A stretch of DNA of 64,000 nt from Eledone cirrhosa (GCA_964016885.1 OZ024743.1:350176001-350240000); one strand, 5' to 3'. Positions 1-13,874 are shown, counted from the first letter of the stretch. The notes: generated by a model from the sequence alone, not told the origin. Program-made: numbers and translations.

Positions 1-324
1 CGGATTATTCGTAATAGATCAGAACTTTGGCCAAATACATTCAGCCTGTGAGCATCCTGTCCTTTTTCTATGAATAGGAAACATAGGACCACATTATACA
101 ACACGTATATTTGAAGGTTGTAGGATGTGGGTTGAAAGAAATATTTCTAGTACATCAAGTCATTGAATAAATGTTCATAGTTGAAGGCTACTGGATTCAA
201 TTAAAAACTCTAAATAAATGTTTCTGATCTTTAATACGCTATGAAGCAAATGACAATAAAATACAGACACACACACATATGCATGCATACATACATATAG
301 ACATACATACACATACATATATAA

Positions 325-398
<74 letters not shown>

Positions 399-520
399 GT
401 ATATATACATATGTATATATACATATGTATATATACATATACATGTATAAAATACAGACACACACACATATGCATGCATACATACATATAGACATACATA
501 CACATACATATATATATGTA

Positions 521-579
<59 letters not shown>

Positions 580-719
580 ATACCTCTCATTTATATATAT
601 ATATATATATATATATGTTTACATATATATATGTATGTGTATGTATGTCTATATGTATGTATGCATGCATATGTGTGTTGTCTGTATTTTATTGTCATTT
701 GCTTCATATTTATTATTAT

Positions 720-809
<90 letters not shown>

Positions 810-952
810 ATAATAATAAATATGAAGACTAAAATCCAAAGAGGGTTCGATAAATATATCGGTATAAGGATAAATATATATCAAATATATAAGAACCAAA
901 GATCCCGTTAAGGGTGAAAGCACCGATTTTTTGCTTAAACTTTAATCTGTTA

Positions 953-1029
<77 letters not shown>

Positions 1030-1034
1030 AAGGC

Positions 1035-1072
<38 letters not shown>

Positions 1073-1120
1073 TATCCAGTTTCTTATTAGATTTAGAAGT
1101 GATCAGGATACTAATTTCTT

Positions 1121-1201
1121 CACCCGCTGATGAGCTTAGAACTTTGGTACTCCTTTTCACAAATAATATTGCGAAACAGTTTTATCAAAACTGTCCGGGT
1201 G
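1121..1201 (+). ncRNA. Type I hammerhead ribozyme
   Basis: cacccg-CUGAUGA-gc..gc-GAAA-cagtttt(atc)aaaactg-UC-cgggtg: perfect stems I and III, GUC site. Confidence 0.8.
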
Positions 1202-1754
1202 TTCGGTTGTTTCCTCAATTATGGTTTGTATTTATTTTTCTTGATTTATTCTTAAATTTAGTCTGGCAAACCCTATTGTCTGTAGTTAGTATTTTTTCAC
1301 CTTAGCGATTCTGGTCCATTACGATTTGAACACATATATGTATATGTCTGTGTTCGTTTTTCTTTTTTGTTCAGTTATAATAAAATTATATATATATATA
1401 TATTCATTGTACTGTATCATATGCTTTGCTGTTTTCCATTTTGCTTTCGCATATAGGTATATATACACATATAATTATATATAGAATAATTCTCGTTACA
1501 TTGCCTTTGGGATGCATTAATGTGAATCCCGACGCTTTGTTCAAGCTGGTTTTGCGCCAAATGTTTTATAATATTTAAAATATAAAAACACTTTTGTGAA
1601 AAATCCCAAAATTTCAAAATTCAATCGTTATATTTGAAATATTCCTATAAGTATATGAATTCGCTGTAGTTTTAACTGTGTAGGCATCTTTAAAGAATAG
1701 ACAGATAGCATTGTAGAATAAAACATATACATATAGAATCCCGCAAATACTTAC

Positions 1755-2009
1755 TTTGGCAAAATTTAGAATCGGTCAGATTGAAATAACCTTTTTTACA
1801 TTCACAGGTAAAATTTGTTTCCCCACTTAAACACGATGCAGTGTTGTTGTCACAGATGTGAAGATTTTCCTCACAAAAATTTCTTCTCTTCTCACATTTG
1901 GTACCAGTATAACCGGTGTTGCATACACATCCTTTGATTGAATTACAGCTTCCTTTGACACAGTCACACTTCATGTTACAGTTCCAACCATAGGTATTAC
2001 TACTGCAAG
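1755..2009 (-). CDS. Exon: laminin-type/EGF plus EGF (ACSSNTYGWNCNMKCDC...FTCECKKGY...CQ); gene continues beyond base 1
   Basis: ctgtag acceptor, gtaagt donor; 255 nt, phase 1-1. Confidence 0.92.
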
Positions 2010-2203
2010 CTACAGATAAAACAAAAGGGAATGGATATATATATATTTTAATATATTTCGAAAAATGACAAATAGATTTCAGCTCAGTACAGATGGTGCG
2101 AAGGCCGGGAGGCCGCTAGCAGATATATATATATATATATATAAATGTAAGTATGCATGTATACGTACATACATATATGTATACAGACGTACAGTAGCAT
2201 GCA

Positions 2204-2234
<31 letters not shown>

Positions 2235-2379
2235 GTATATATATATGTATATATATATATATGCATGCTACTGTACGTCTGTATACATATATGTATGTAC
2301 GTATACATGCATACTTACATTTAAGTAAGTGCCATACTAAGAGTGAGAAATGAAATTTCGTTTTCATTTTGTTTCAATT

Positions 2380-2464
<85 letters not shown>

Positions 2465-2876
2465 AACATCACGCTTGTGTGTCTATATGTGTCTCTGTGT
2501 GCGTATGCGTTTATAGTTGTTTGAACACAAAAGAAACATTTATCCCACCAACTTACGTTTGCATGTGATTTTATCTTGATCTACTTTATATCCGACTTCA
2601 CATACACAAGTATATGTTTCTGTGCCATTCTGACAGGTTCCGTTTTTACAAGGATTTGGTTTGCACATATCAATGCCTGTGAATTAAGATTCAAGGAAAA
2701 ATATCAATTATGAAAGAAATGAACATTGAAAAGTAACAACTTCATTAGATTAAACATTTTTTTTTAGAAAGGTTCACTTCAAACAACTGGCTGGTCGCTT
2801 TAACATGAATTTATAATGAAGTTTAAACTTTGAATAAAAAAGATAGAAATAGAATTCTGGTAGGAAGGTTTATTTT

Positions 2877-3063
2877 AATAATTGTTTCTACTTTTCGCAC
2901 AAGGCCAGCAATTACCCAGTGCATTACTTGTACTTTATTTTATCGACCCCTTAAGGATGAAAGGCAAAGTTAACTCGACGGGATTTGAACTCAGTATGAC
3001 AAGAGCCGTAACTCTATGCGTCAAAGCATGGCGTCCGATTCTCTGCCGATACTGCCAACCCAC
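2877..3063 (-). mobile_element. tRNA-derived SINE family 1
   Basis: A/B boxes (tggcagtatcgg; gagttcaaatcc), core gcctttcatccttacggggtcgataaaataaagtac, (TTA)n tail. Confidence 0.8.
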
Positions 3064-3599
3064 AGGTTTATTTTAATAAAGCAGGATCAGTATAAATTTA
3101 TAATATGTATATCAATGTGGAGGAATCGTTAGGTTATAGGAAATGTTACTCAGAATAATAGCTAATTAGTTTGTTAAACATTATAATTGTTATTCAGACA
3201 ATAACCTAAATATTGAAGGTGGAATAATTAAATGTATAAAGTCGGGAGAAGAAATGTGAATAGTAAATGAATAATATATCACATATTGTCAAAACCCCAT
3301 ACACCCTAAAACGATTAACATCAGTATTTTGAGGACAATATAATAGTTTCTATACTTCAAAAATCAAGATTTTTACAGAGTAATTTTTAAAACAATTAGA
3401 TATGAATAATTAACATATCAGTAGGTTTTGATGTGAGATACGATAGCTATCAATCAAAATAAAAACATAAAGACCATTCCAATGCGTTAGGATATTAAAG
3501 AATTAAAGGATAAACAGTCACTATATGCAGTAATAAATAATAAACATATATCTTTGATATATCTATAAATTGGTCAAATATACACAAAAAGAAAGCATT

Positions 3600-4950
3600 A
3601 TTGAAAAGAACAATAAATGAGAGTAAAAGTAGAGGAAAGGTAAGGACAAAGAAAAAAGGAGAGGGGGAACTAGATACGGTGACAGACTCTACACCAAGAT
3701 CAGAGCTGTGTTTCAGCTGCTCCCCGTGGACAAAATGGCAAAGGTTTTTCCGCGGAAAATGGCCAACAGGACTCGCTGCAAAAGCTCCCCAACCGCGTGT
3801 ACTTCCTTCTTCAGACGGATTGTTATGTATCCGATTCTAAGGAGGAGTCAGCTCTCAAGGATCCGAGGACGACTGAAGTTTCGACGGTGAGTGGTGTAAA
3901 GAGGAAGAGGCCGGACAAGCCCCGGTATTTTCTTACTTTCCTATCCACTGTATTGCGGGTCACCGTACCGTATTTGTGACCGAATCGACTAAGTTTGAGG
4001 CGTAAAACGTGTCACAGCATGTCACGTCCCAGATGAGGGATTTAACTACGTCAAAAGGGAAGAGGGTCGAAGACTGCTGGCTCCAATTGACACGAGAATC
4101 TGGTTACGTTGAGTCTCCTTCACGTCATTCAAAGTGGCATATTTCGCGAACTGGCCTGCAGTCTGGTGACATGATAGTATGTGCATATGGAATACAACAA
4201 CGACAGCTTCACAACGGCATTTATGGGTTTCATAGACGCGGAGGCCGATGTGTTCGACCACATGTTTCGAGTGTATTCGTCATCATGAAGAGCACCCTTT
4301 GATGTGGATGGAACCGTGTTGAGCCATGCACCGCTTTTTGCTTGCGAGGCGGAGCGGAGAGAGTCGAGGTGATGTTGGTCAAAGCCAAACACGATACACC
4401 TGAAGGTAGACTTGCACTAGATGTCGTCCCAGTTACGTTGGGCATTTGCGTAGTGGAGGTCTTCTCTGGTCCAGTAGGTCAGAGCCTGCTCTAGATTTAG
4501 GGTCACGTCAGGTTCTGTCGTCTTGATGATGACCTTGTGAATGAGGATGCCACTAGAGGAGATTGAGGAGGATAGGCCAACTGTGTCCGATCTGATGTGA
4601 ATCAGAGGCCGAGGTCACTGAAACTCACAGGAAATTTCGGCTGCCGTTGATATTGAAATGGTCATACCAGATTAGATCCGCACAGCGTCAGAGGGTGAAA
4701 CCGAATTTACCGAGGCCATATGCGAGAGTTTGACAATGCACTCCGCGCAGATTGACAAAGAATTTAGGAAGGGTGAAACTGTTCCTCAGGAGGAACAGCG
4801 CCGAGTGCACGTCAAAGAGGCACAGCCTCTCCGTCATTCACAATAGGTCTGCGTGCTTGGCTTCCAGACAGTTTTGTATGGCTTTCGAAAGAATTGGAAA
4901 AGTGAGAATGCAGGCAGCGTTTTTAGGCTTTAGCCGAGCCCTGAACAAGA
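3600..4950 (-). mobile_element. CRE-clade RLE retrotransposon, degenerate 3' portion
   Basis: Minus-strand peptides ALFLLRNSFTLPK, SGAWLNTVPS, LIWDVTCCDT, KYRGL..FTPLTVETS, LLQRVLLAIFRG. Confidence 0.75.
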
Positions 4951-5507
4951 CGAGATAGAAATTGAGTACAGATGGTAGAATTAGAAGATTGCCTGAGAAA
5001 TCTTTATGAATTCTTTTATGTTACCATTTATATACCGTATTCAATTACCACCAGATTTCCTAACTCCTTAAATAATAATCAAGTATAGAAGTCAACTTAA
5101 TCAACGACACACTTCCCCATAACGTATGCAAATAGTAAAAATCAACATTAGGTCAATGAAAATGTTTGTCAACAAACCTATATTTATATAAATGTTGGTT
5201 ACAAGACGATGTGAATGTTTCCCAATGAGTTTTAATTCATTGACATTTACAATAACACCGTTGTGAAAGGATTATAGATTAGTTTGGGATATAATTAACA
5301 TTGTTTTTAAGTAAAACTGTGGTAAAATAGTGTTAAATGAAAATTTCCTATATTCTATATTAGAAAACTATTAATTTTTCTCTGATGAATGTGCTTCTTC
5401 GAACAACTAAAGAAGGCCAGGACATGTTATACCATTATGAGAAGCAGGCATAACTGTGAGTTTAAGAACATTGCACGCTTCGCAACCAAATACGTTCGAG
5501 TTCAGTC

Positions 5508-5555
<48 letters not shown>

Positions 5556-5756
5556 GAACATATTCAAGACCCCGACGGCAGAGCTCAAGTCTTTTCGACG
5601 GTTATTTCTGGACTGCCCAGAAATAACCGTCGAAACGGCTTGAGCTCTGCCGTCGAATTCTTGAAAATGTTCCTATTACCCACACTACTACCCTAAGTAT
5701 TGAGTACTCTGGTGCGTTATGGTCCACCTGGTTCCTTACCACACTTCCTTCGTTAT
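5556..5756 (-). repeat. Hairpin-plus-tail family HP1, copy 1
   Basis: gacggcagagctcaag..tttcgacgg / ccgtcgaaacggcttgagctctgccgtc palindrome plus ataacgaagg...gtaataggaa tail. Confidence 0.85.
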
Positions 5757-5788
5757 ATATGTGTGTGTGTGTGTGTATATATATATAC

Positions 5789-5828
<40 letters not shown>

Positions 5829-6000
5829 CACCACCAACTACAAAAACAAAGACGGTTGAACTGCTTTACGTTGAGTACTCTCTTATATTATTACATTACG
5901 ATTGACCATACGGAATAGACCAGCTCTATACAGTGGTGAACCTCAAATCTGAATATATATATATAACAGAATAAATATAGTTTCCATTTATTAATATTTA

Positions 6001-6053
<53 letters not shown>

Positions 6054-6637
6054 ATGATATTAATAAATGGAAACTATATTTATTCTGTTATATATATTTA
6101 AGGGTACCAAAACTTCTGTACGCTCTCATCAGATAAAATACAAAGTTTGTTTTATAGATATTGATATATCCAGGGATAAGATCTTAACGGTTCAAGTTTT
6201 ACCTGGATAGTAAAAAGAAAAAGGGGAAGAGAGGAAAAAAACAGATATTTCAAATTATTTAGATGAATATGCAAATGAGCTTCAGGCGTAGGGCTGAAAA
6301 AAACGTTATTTTTAGACGCTAGGTAGATTTAAATAATTATTAGGATATATATATGTATAGGAAGAAGAAAGAGAAAGAAAGAAAAGCTTATATTTATATT
6401 ATTATGATGTACGTAAATTTAAAAAGATTGAAACGTTAAGAATTAACAGTTTGTTGGAATGGTGGAATATGATTCCAGAATTTTAAAAAATATTTAGCTA
6501 AATTATGAGTTATAATATTATATATATAATCAATTAGATTATATGAAGAATTATCTTATTATATTATAACAGGTTGTAAGTATATAAATATCTATATAGA
6601 TTAATAAGTGTATAAATATAAATATTATTGGTGATTA

Positions 6638-6929
6638 TCTATTATACTAAAACAGAGAATCTCTGTCTGTTTGTCTGTCCAATCACTAAAACTCGAGAAC
6701 CACCCAACCGACTTTTTTCAAACTTTACACAAGTAATACATGTGAGTGTTTTGAGCAAAAAAAAGTTTCAAATGTTCAATGCCCTAGGGACCGCATTAGG
6801 CGATTTAGCGATCTCTATCTATAACTCTTAGTCTTTCTCTTTTCGCACTCTTATAATATCTGTCTGTATGCCTAGCTGTCTGCATTACATCATTATGACG
6901 CGGTGTGTGTGTGTATATATGTATACATA

Positions 6930-7003
<74 letters not shown>

Positions 7004-7353
7004 TGTGTGTGTGTAACGTTTTTCGAAATATTTACTTCTGCGTTCACAGAATTATTATTTTAGTTTCAGAAGATCCCGTTAAGGGTGAAAGCAGCGATTC
7101 TTTGCTTCAACTTTAATCTGTTATTTTAATATATATGAAGGCGTGTGGCTGAGTGGTTAGAGTATTCGATTCACAATCGTGAGGTTGTGAGTTCGATTCC
7201 TGAACCAGGCGATGCGTTATGTCCTTGAGCAAGACACTTTATTTCACGTTGCTCCTTCTACCTGGAGTTGCGACCGATAGATAGTATTAGCAATTGGAAA
7301 GACCAACGGAAACATAGTTTCCTCGGTCCGATTTGACGAAAGTCGATCGACTA

Positions 7354-7387
<34 letters not shown>

Positions 7388-7516
7388 GTGTACATATATT
7401 TTTGCATACACAATAACAAAATATAAACAAACATATTTACTTCACGAGGATAAATATATATCAAATATATAAGAAACCTAGAGCAAATTCCGAGCAACGC
7501 CGGGCCATTCTGCTAG
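6638..7516 (+). mobile_element. Non-autonomous Helitron-like element with nested inserts
   Basis: A|TCTATTATACTAAAA 5' end; subterminal hairpin ccgagcaacgccggg followed by CTAG|T 3' end. Confidence 0.6.
7138..7262 (+). mobile_element. tRNA-derived SINE family 2 (CORE/V-like), 5' part
   Basis: gtggctgagtggttag..gttcgattcc head followed by tgtccttgagcaagacacttta. Confidence 0.75.
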
Positions 7517-7700
7517 TATAGATATTAAACACACATATTAATTTGTTTACATTTCTAATATGAGTTACGAAGGATGTTGATTTTACATTTTAAATATTTA
7601 AGAAAAAGACGTAGTTCAAATTATAAAAGAACAATTTGTAGATTCAAATATTTTCATGAAACATTGAAAATATTTACAGAACATTATTAATTTAGCGAAA

Positions 7701-7890
7701 GGCTCGGTGAATTGGCAGTATTGGTAGAGGGTCAGACATGCTTTCCAGCGTAGTTACGTCCCTTTACGATCTGAGTTCAAATTCCGCCAAGGTTAACTTT
7801 GCCTTTCATCCTTACGGGGTCGATAAAATAAAGTACCAGTAATGCACTGGGTAATTGCTAGCCTTGTGCCAAAAATAGAAACAATTATTA
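7701..7890 (+). mobile_element. SINE family 1 with about 18-bp TSD
   Basis: TSD attattaatttagcgaaa on both sides. Confidence 0.85.
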
Positions 7891-8513
7891 ATTTAGCGAA
7901 ATTACATATAATTTATCATACAAGTTATTATGTCTATGTTTGCTCAATTGTAAAGGAAAAGATAACTCCAATATTATTTATTAAGCTATTAATATTAGAT
8001 TTGATGAATAATTTTCTTAGAAAATACGGAAAGTATGTAGAGAAAATTATATATTATTTTGTGTGAGATAATAAGGTATTTTATATTACATATTTTCAAG
8101 GATGAGAATTTCAATTATATATGTATTATCTACATCTTTCGACGTAGAAATATTTTTTTAAATTCTGGAATCATATCCCACCACTCCAACAAACTTTTAA
8201 TTCTTAACGTTTCAATCTTTTTAAATTTACGTACATCATAGTAATATAAATACAATCTTCTCTTTCTTTCTCTTTCTTCTTCCTATACATACATATATAT
8301 ATATCCTAATAGTTATTTAAATCTACCTAGCGTCTAAAAATAACGGGTTTTTTTCAGCCCTACGCCTCAACCTCATTTGCATATTCATCTAAATAATTTG
8401 AAATATCTGGGGTCTTTTTCCTCTCTTCCTCTTTTTCCTTTTACTATCCAGGTAAAACTTGAACCCTTAAGATCTCATTCCTGTATATGTCAATATTTAT
8501 AAAACAAACTTTG

Positions 8514-8570
8514 TATTTTATCTGATGACAGCGTACCAAAGTTTTGGTACCCTTGAAATATATATAATAT
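8514..8570 (+). ncRNA. Minimal type I hammerhead
   Basis: ttttat-CUGAUGA-stem II (gtacc/ggtac)-GAAA-tatata-UA-atataa. Confidence 0.6.
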
Positions 8571-8741
8571 AATTGTTTCTACATTAGGCACAAGGCCAGC
8601 AATTTCCCAGTGCATTACTGGTACTTTATTTTATCGACTCCGTAAGGATGAAAGGCAAAGTCAACCTCGGCGGGATTTGAACTCAGATCGTAAAGGGACG
8701 TAACTATGCTGGAAAGCATGGCGTCCGACCCTCTACCGATA
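8570..8741 (-). mobile_element. SINE family 1
   Basis: Same core and tail. Confidence 0.8.
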
Positions 8742-9228
8742 TAAATATAGTTTCCATTTATTAATATTGATATTATACTCCAGAAAACTTGTCGAGTGCT
8801 TCGAATCTGTTATAAATATATATATTTGTTGAATTACCAACAAATTAAATATCCCTTTGCTTATATATATATGAGAAAACAAACTAGTCAAAGGGCGGAG
8901 AACTTATTTTTTGTGGAGCGAGAAGCTCCTAGTCTTCTTTAAGAAATCTCTGTAGGAGAGTAGGAGAATTCACTCGTTTACATCCAATAATGTAGACTAG
9001 TTCTTCTTTGGGACAAATTCCTTCGATGTTCAGAGAGTGGGATTGTCCCTGTGCAAATATTTCCTCACTTAAAAAAGCTTCAAGGAAAGGCCTCGCTTGG
9101 TATGTGAGAATTTTTGCGATGCATGGTATTGCTAGCCATACGCAAGTCCCTAGCAGGACTATAACGCCACGTCCGTGATGATCATACTTAAGTATCAAGC
9201 GATGGCATTACTCGAGTTCCAGCTAACT

Positions 9229-9305
<77 letters not shown>

Positions 9306-9516
9306 TCTTTGAGTAAACAACACCATACATTGGGACAGGTCATATCATGTGACCGAAATAACGGAGGTAAACTTATGTTTTTTCTGTTTTTTCCGTTCAA
9401 GTTCTATCTGTCTAATGAGGTCATAGCTGTTGAATCATGGTTAACACCGAAATATATATTACAGCGAATTTGAATAAACGAAGTTAGTTTTAACCTGTTG
9501 ACTTAAACTTCGTGTT

Positions 9517-9584
<68 letters not shown>

Positions 9585-9586
<2 letters not shown>

Positions 9587-9940
9587 AGAAATAGGATTTC
9601 GCTTCAAGCATAGCTTTATACAATATGTATAGGTATTTCGTATCTCCAAGGAAATACGGTTTTAGGAAGCCGTAGCTATGCAAACAGCGGGGGGCTAGCG
9701 CCCTCTGGTGATGTACAGCAGAAGCAAGGGGGACAACCGTCTATGCATTTCAGGCTTAACTGGCCTTCGTCAGGACGGTCCCTCCCACCGCTTGCGACTG
9801 CTGGAAATGCATAGTCGGTTGTCCCCCTTGTTTCTGCTGGACATCACCAGAGGGCGTTAGCCCCCCCCCCCACCCGGTGTTTGCATAGCTACGGCTTCCT
9901 AAAACCGTAATTCCTTGGAGATACGAAATACTTATACATA
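9585..9940. repeat. Inverted-repeat element (arms about 125 bp, spacer about 50 bp, tail on the left)
   Basis: 9627..9750 is the reverse complement of 9805..9937. Confidence 0.8.
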
Positions 9941-9945
9941 TATAT

Positions 9946-10138
9946 ATAACGAAAGAATTGTGGTAAGGGACCAGATGGACCATAACGCACTAGAGTACTC
10001 AATTCTTAGGGTAGTAGAGTGGGTAATAGGAAAAGGTATGACCCCGACGGCAGAGCTCAAGCCGTTTCGACGGCTATTTCTGGACTCAGAAATAGCCGTC
10101 GAAACGGCTTGAGCTTTGCCGTCGGGGTCATGCCTTTT
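9946..10138 (+). repeat. HP1 copy 2
   Basis: Same tail plus palindrome. Confidence 0.85.
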
Positions 10139-10207
<69 letters not shown>

Positions 10208-10589
10208 CAGGTGGCTCTTCAGCGCTACTGGTAACATGTAACCCAGTACAACCTGTGCATTGTCGGGTCGTCGGCGTTTAAACCAACCCCCACAAAGCTT
10301 GCTTATTGAGGTGATTTGGGACACCCTGCGGGATAAAAAACAAAACCCGTCAAAAGGCGGTGGAACTCATGAAAGTCAACGGCCATCCAGTAAGGCGTTT
10401 TTTTCGTTTTGAACCGAGAAACCCCTAGTCTTCATTAAGACATCTCTCTAGGAGAAGTTCACTTTGATATAATTTGCTCTATGGTTCTTATATATTTGAT
10501 ATATATTTATCCTTATCGAGCCTCGTAAAATAAATACGTTTGTTTACATTTTGTTGTTGTGTATGCAAGTGTATCTGTACACATATATA

Positions 10590-10649
<60 letters not shown>

Positions 10650-10781
10650 AAAGTTAAACAAGGTTCAATGAATACATCAAATAATGAGTATTATAATAGA
10701 TTGGAAGCAGTAAAAGGTTTTCCAGAGTTATTAATATTAATTCAAAATATTAACAAAATAGATATGCTTGTGATCAAGTAT

Positions 10782-10847
10782 ATTTTATTGTACATATTTC
10801 AGAGGTACTGAGTTAAGTTCAATAGTACGCACTCATCAGATAAAATA
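10782..10847 (-). ncRNA. Minimal hammerhead, cleavage site mutated
   Basis: ttttat-CUGAUGA-gtact..agtac-GAAA-tatgta-CA-ataaaa. Confidence 0.45.
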
Positions 10848-11099
10848 TGATGATGCATGACATACTCTGACATAGTAGATAGTTAAGATTCTGTCATGGT
10901 AGTGATAGATATTATATATTCGTGTACAGACATTTTTGCATACACAATAACAAAATATAAACAAAAGTATTTATTTCGCGACAAAGTATTGATTTTCTTC
11001 GCACGGAAAAAACCCCTGGTAATGTACGACGAATTTTTTTTAGAAGCACTTAATGTAGACACCATCCCGAGGCCGAGGTATTCCGTACTTCTCTGTACT

Positions 11100-11263
<164 letters not shown>

Positions 11264-11289
11264 TATATATATATATATATATATTTATA

Positions 11290-12719
11290 CATGTAAAGTT
11301 ATATTTAAAATTGTTGGGTTACAACTAGTAAATATTTATAACTGATATAAAAGCACTCGACAAATACTTGGAGTATATTTACAATATTAAGCTAGATAAC
11401 GTTAGATATTCGACGGCTTGGAATATAGTCTCAAGAGGGATTCCTTTTAATTCATCCTCTGAGACATGTGACCTCTGCGCAGAGGAGATATTCTTTATAC
11501 TAAAATCTAAAAATTCCCTTAACCTACGGACAAATTTATTCAGTTGTTGCAAACATAGATTAAACTCAACGTTTAAATATAAATTTAAATTTAAAATGTA
11601 GTATATTTAGTTTGATTTATATTTATATGAGAACTAGCCGATAAATCTTTTGATTCCTAAATCTTTGATTCCCTCTTTTTACTCTCTTTATTGTTTATTT
11701 TATTTTATTTATTTTTATTTTTATTTTTATTTTTATCTAAACATTCCTCATGAAAAATTAAGCTACCCTAAAAGCCGATGCTCCAAATTTTTTGAATTAA
11801 CCTTACACTTGATAAACTTATATATTAAATATAGGAACATATGTAGACATTATTGGGCATCATAATCTTTTTTGCGATATTCCTTGCTAGATGTGATTTG
11901 ATAGATAATTTTTGGCTTTGTCTTGTAGTGAACTTGGCAATATATTGTCAATTAACTTTGAAGGGTTGTTCTTTGTGGTTTATTTTTATTTTCATTTTTA
12001 TTTTTATTTTTATTTTTATTTTTATTTTTATTTTTATTTTTATTTTTATTCTTTTAGTATTGTAGTATTCTATAATATTTTTATTTTTTATTTTATTTTA
12101 TTTTTATTTTTAATATTTTTATATGTAAATTTTTATTTTTAATATTTTTATATGTAAAGTTTTAATACGTAATATTTTTAATACGTAGTATTTTTAATAT
12201 GCAATATTTTTATTATGTAATATTCTTTCGTAATATTCCTTTTTGTTTTCTATTCTATATTTTTATATTTTTATATATTTTTACTTATTATCATTATTAT
12301 TGTTATCTCTGCTTATAATATAATATATATTTTCGATTAGTATATTGAAACCTGCTCTCTATTTCTGCTTGATAGATAATCTTGTAGAGTAATCGCAAGA
12401 ATAATAATATGCTCAAATTTTTATACCACATTGAGAATGTTTTCCGGTAACTTTGAATTTGCGGAGTGAATCAGTTGGATTCACATAGACATATGAATTT
12501 TTTAAAAAACTAAACATAAGATAATGAATTTTCACGCATTGTGAATACTTGTTTCATTCAGGAATACTGATATTTACAATATAGTGTAAGTTTTATAAAT
12601 ACTAATACATTAAAACATAGGGTTTTCTACGCCTCGAATATGTCTGGCTATTTTTAAATTTTTTCTCTCTATATCTCTCTATATCTCTCTATATATCTCC
12701 CTTACATTAATACTTGAGC

Positions 12720-12754
<35 letters not shown>

Positions 12755-13240
12755 ATGCATCATTGATACACTTACTCAAAATGACCTCCCACTACCTAAT
12801 TTTTCTATATCTATATTTATATATGTATCTATCTCTATTTCCTCTCTCTCTCTATGTATATATATATATATATTTCTGTCTCTTTACATGAAGCTCTTCG
12901 CTTTATCTATTTTTCCATCTCTTTATTTTGTCCCATGCATTTCTTCTTTTTCTTTTTCTTCTTTTTCTTCCTTTTCTTCGTTTTGTCTTTCTTTCTTTCT
13001 TATTTCCCTCTTTTTTCTCTCTCTCTTTCTTTCTCTCTGTATTTTCACTGCTAGAGTAAACCTCTTCAAATGAAGTTGATGTTTATTACGGTATGTCGAA
13101 TATATTTATCTATAAAACTGTTTATATTGTATTTTGTCTGATGAAGGCATAGCATATTGTTAATATGATATCCCCGAAATATATATAATGAAATAAATAT
13201 GGTTTTATAAATATAGTTTTCCATTTATTTAATATTATAT
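11290..13240 (+). mobile_element. Decayed Penelope-like (Neptune) 3' portion with terminal hammerhead
   Basis: WNIV..CDLCAEE..LNLRTNLFSCCKHR (11368..11601); hammerhead motif at 13130..13196; (TA)n flanks. Confidence 0.7.
13130..13196 (+). ncRNA. Minimal type I hammerhead
   Basis: tattttgt-CUGAUGA-stem II-GAAA-tatata-UA-atgaaata. Confidence 0.6.
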
Positions 13241-13392
13241 ATATTTATATATATATATTTATATATATATATATATATTTATATACATATATATATTTAT
13301 ATATATATTATATATATATTTATATATATATTTATATATATATTTATATATATATTTATATATATATTTATATATATATTTATATATATATT

Positions 13393-13425
<33 letters not shown>

Positions 13426-13438
13426 ATATTTATATATA

Positions 13439-13513
<75 letters not shown>

Positions 13514-13597
13514 ATATAGTATGCTATAGTGCGGATGAAACAATGTTAGCAAGTAAAGATATGCATATGCTATAAGCGTTCTTTGTTATTTATTTAT

Positions 13598-13804
<207 letters not shown>

Positions 13805-13874
13805 ATATATATATATTCGTGTACAGATACTTTTGCATACACAATAACAAAAGTATTTATAACAAAAGTATTTA

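Larger units (their letters stand above)
6090..8565. repeat. Inverted repeat pair of about 400 bp (6090..6495 and 8148..8565), Penelope-type pLTRs
   Basis: Arms are diverged reverse complements; each outer end carries a CTGATGA hammerhead motif. Confidence 0.8.

Noticed and set aside
5378-5415. CTGATGA motifs at 5382 and 35137
   Set aside because: GAAA missing (GAAC or CAAA) and weak stems; at most decayed hammerheads
7138-7210. tRNA-like sequences (also 32244, 33481, 49305)
   Set aside because: SINE heads continuing into core and tail; not tRNA genes
8880-9130. Dispersed repeat also resembling 10320..10460 and 49850..50100, possibly an RTE 5' region
   Set aside because: Similarity too patchy to classify by eye
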